From an uncultured Planctomycetales bacterium (GTDB taxonomy: Bacteria; Omnitrophota; Gorgyraeia; Zapsychrales; JAHFFX01), in the NCBI GenBank assembly GCA_964612665.1, contig CAZTCI010000003.1, positions 272,273 to 336,272 on the forward strand: 64,000 bases of DNA, in the 5' to 3' direction. The notes under the pieces are model-generated. The model was given only the letters and a program-made list of their open reading frames with translations. It had not been told where the DNA came from and searched no databases. This document shows, piece after piece, positions 63,886 to 64,000 of the stretch (positions are counted from its first letter, which is position 1; the number at the start of each line of letters is the position of its first letter). Made by a program: the position numbers and the translations under genes.

Positions 63886-64000
63886 AATTTTTATTTATCT
63901 GTCGTTGCGAGGAGCGTTTTTTGTGATGAAGCAATCACATCCGATGAATCGTCGACGATCAAATGGATTAGGTTGCTTCGCCTAAAAAGCAGGCTCGTAA

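Noticed and set aside
63671-63985. 104-aa plus-strand ORF at the window end.
   Set aside because: It overlaps lipA, which has unmistakable Cys-cluster motifs, on the opposite strand. The remaining 115 bp beyond lipA are too short to evaluate.
1-64000. CRISPR arrays, rRNA genes and tRNA genes.
   Set aside because: There are no regularly spaced direct repeats with unique spacers. No intergenic region shows tRNA-like GTTCRANYC T-loop/acceptor pairing or rRNA-like conserved blocks, and every intergenic region longer than 80 bp was inspected by eye.

Overview
This window reads as a compact, AT-moderate genome of a diderm bacterium (LptD, MlaDEF, a YdbH/YnbE/YdbL-like trio, CIRCE/HrcA). Gene orientation is extremely biased: about 64 of 66 predicted genes lie on the minus strand, and the only plus-strand unit is a 2-gene membrane-protein pair at 50.0-52.0 kb.

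Main regions, in order:
- 1-18.2 kb: a surface-polysaccharide/LPS-type sugar cluster ending at lptD. It contains DegT-type aminotransferases, GT9/GT2/GT4 glycosyltransferases, a GDP-heptose branch (HddC-like and HddA-like, a putative 4,6-dehydratase and an Fcl-like reductase), a cobalamin-binding radical SAM enzyme, a miniature split transketolase-like pair, UDP-glucuronate decarboxylase and two nucleotide-sugar dehydrogenases. Embedded in it are a HepT/MntA toxin-antitoxin pair and an ORF6N (KilA-N-like) DNA-binding protein whose upstream region is packed with palindromes.
- 18.2-35.2 kb: housekeeping genes, including a ROK kinase, two tandem GGDEF cyclases, an orphan MalK-like ATPase, accD, DUF1015, and hrcA-grpE-dnaK-dnaJ preceded by two tandem CIRCE operators.
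- 36.3-40.3 kb and 52.6-56.6 kb: four paralogous TMTC/PMT-like proteins (polytopic GT-C-like membrane domain fused to C-terminal TPR repeats). Nearby are a GT2 polyprenyl-phosphate glycosyltransferase-like gene and a second polytopic membrane protein. Together these look like a candidate uncharacterised bacterial O-glycosylation-type system.
- Remaining genes: an Hpt protein plus a PAS-rich hybrid histidine kinase, an mlaEFD operon with an inserted lipoprotein gene, and lipA.

The non-coding DNA holds at least six families of short palindromic or MITE-like repeats. The most notable is a 93-bp element present twice, once intergenic and once inserted in frame inside one of the TMTC-like genes. 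Several ORF-track 5' extensions that begin at non-ATG codons overlap these repeats, which supports downstream ATG starts. No rRNA, tRNA or CRISPR array was seen.
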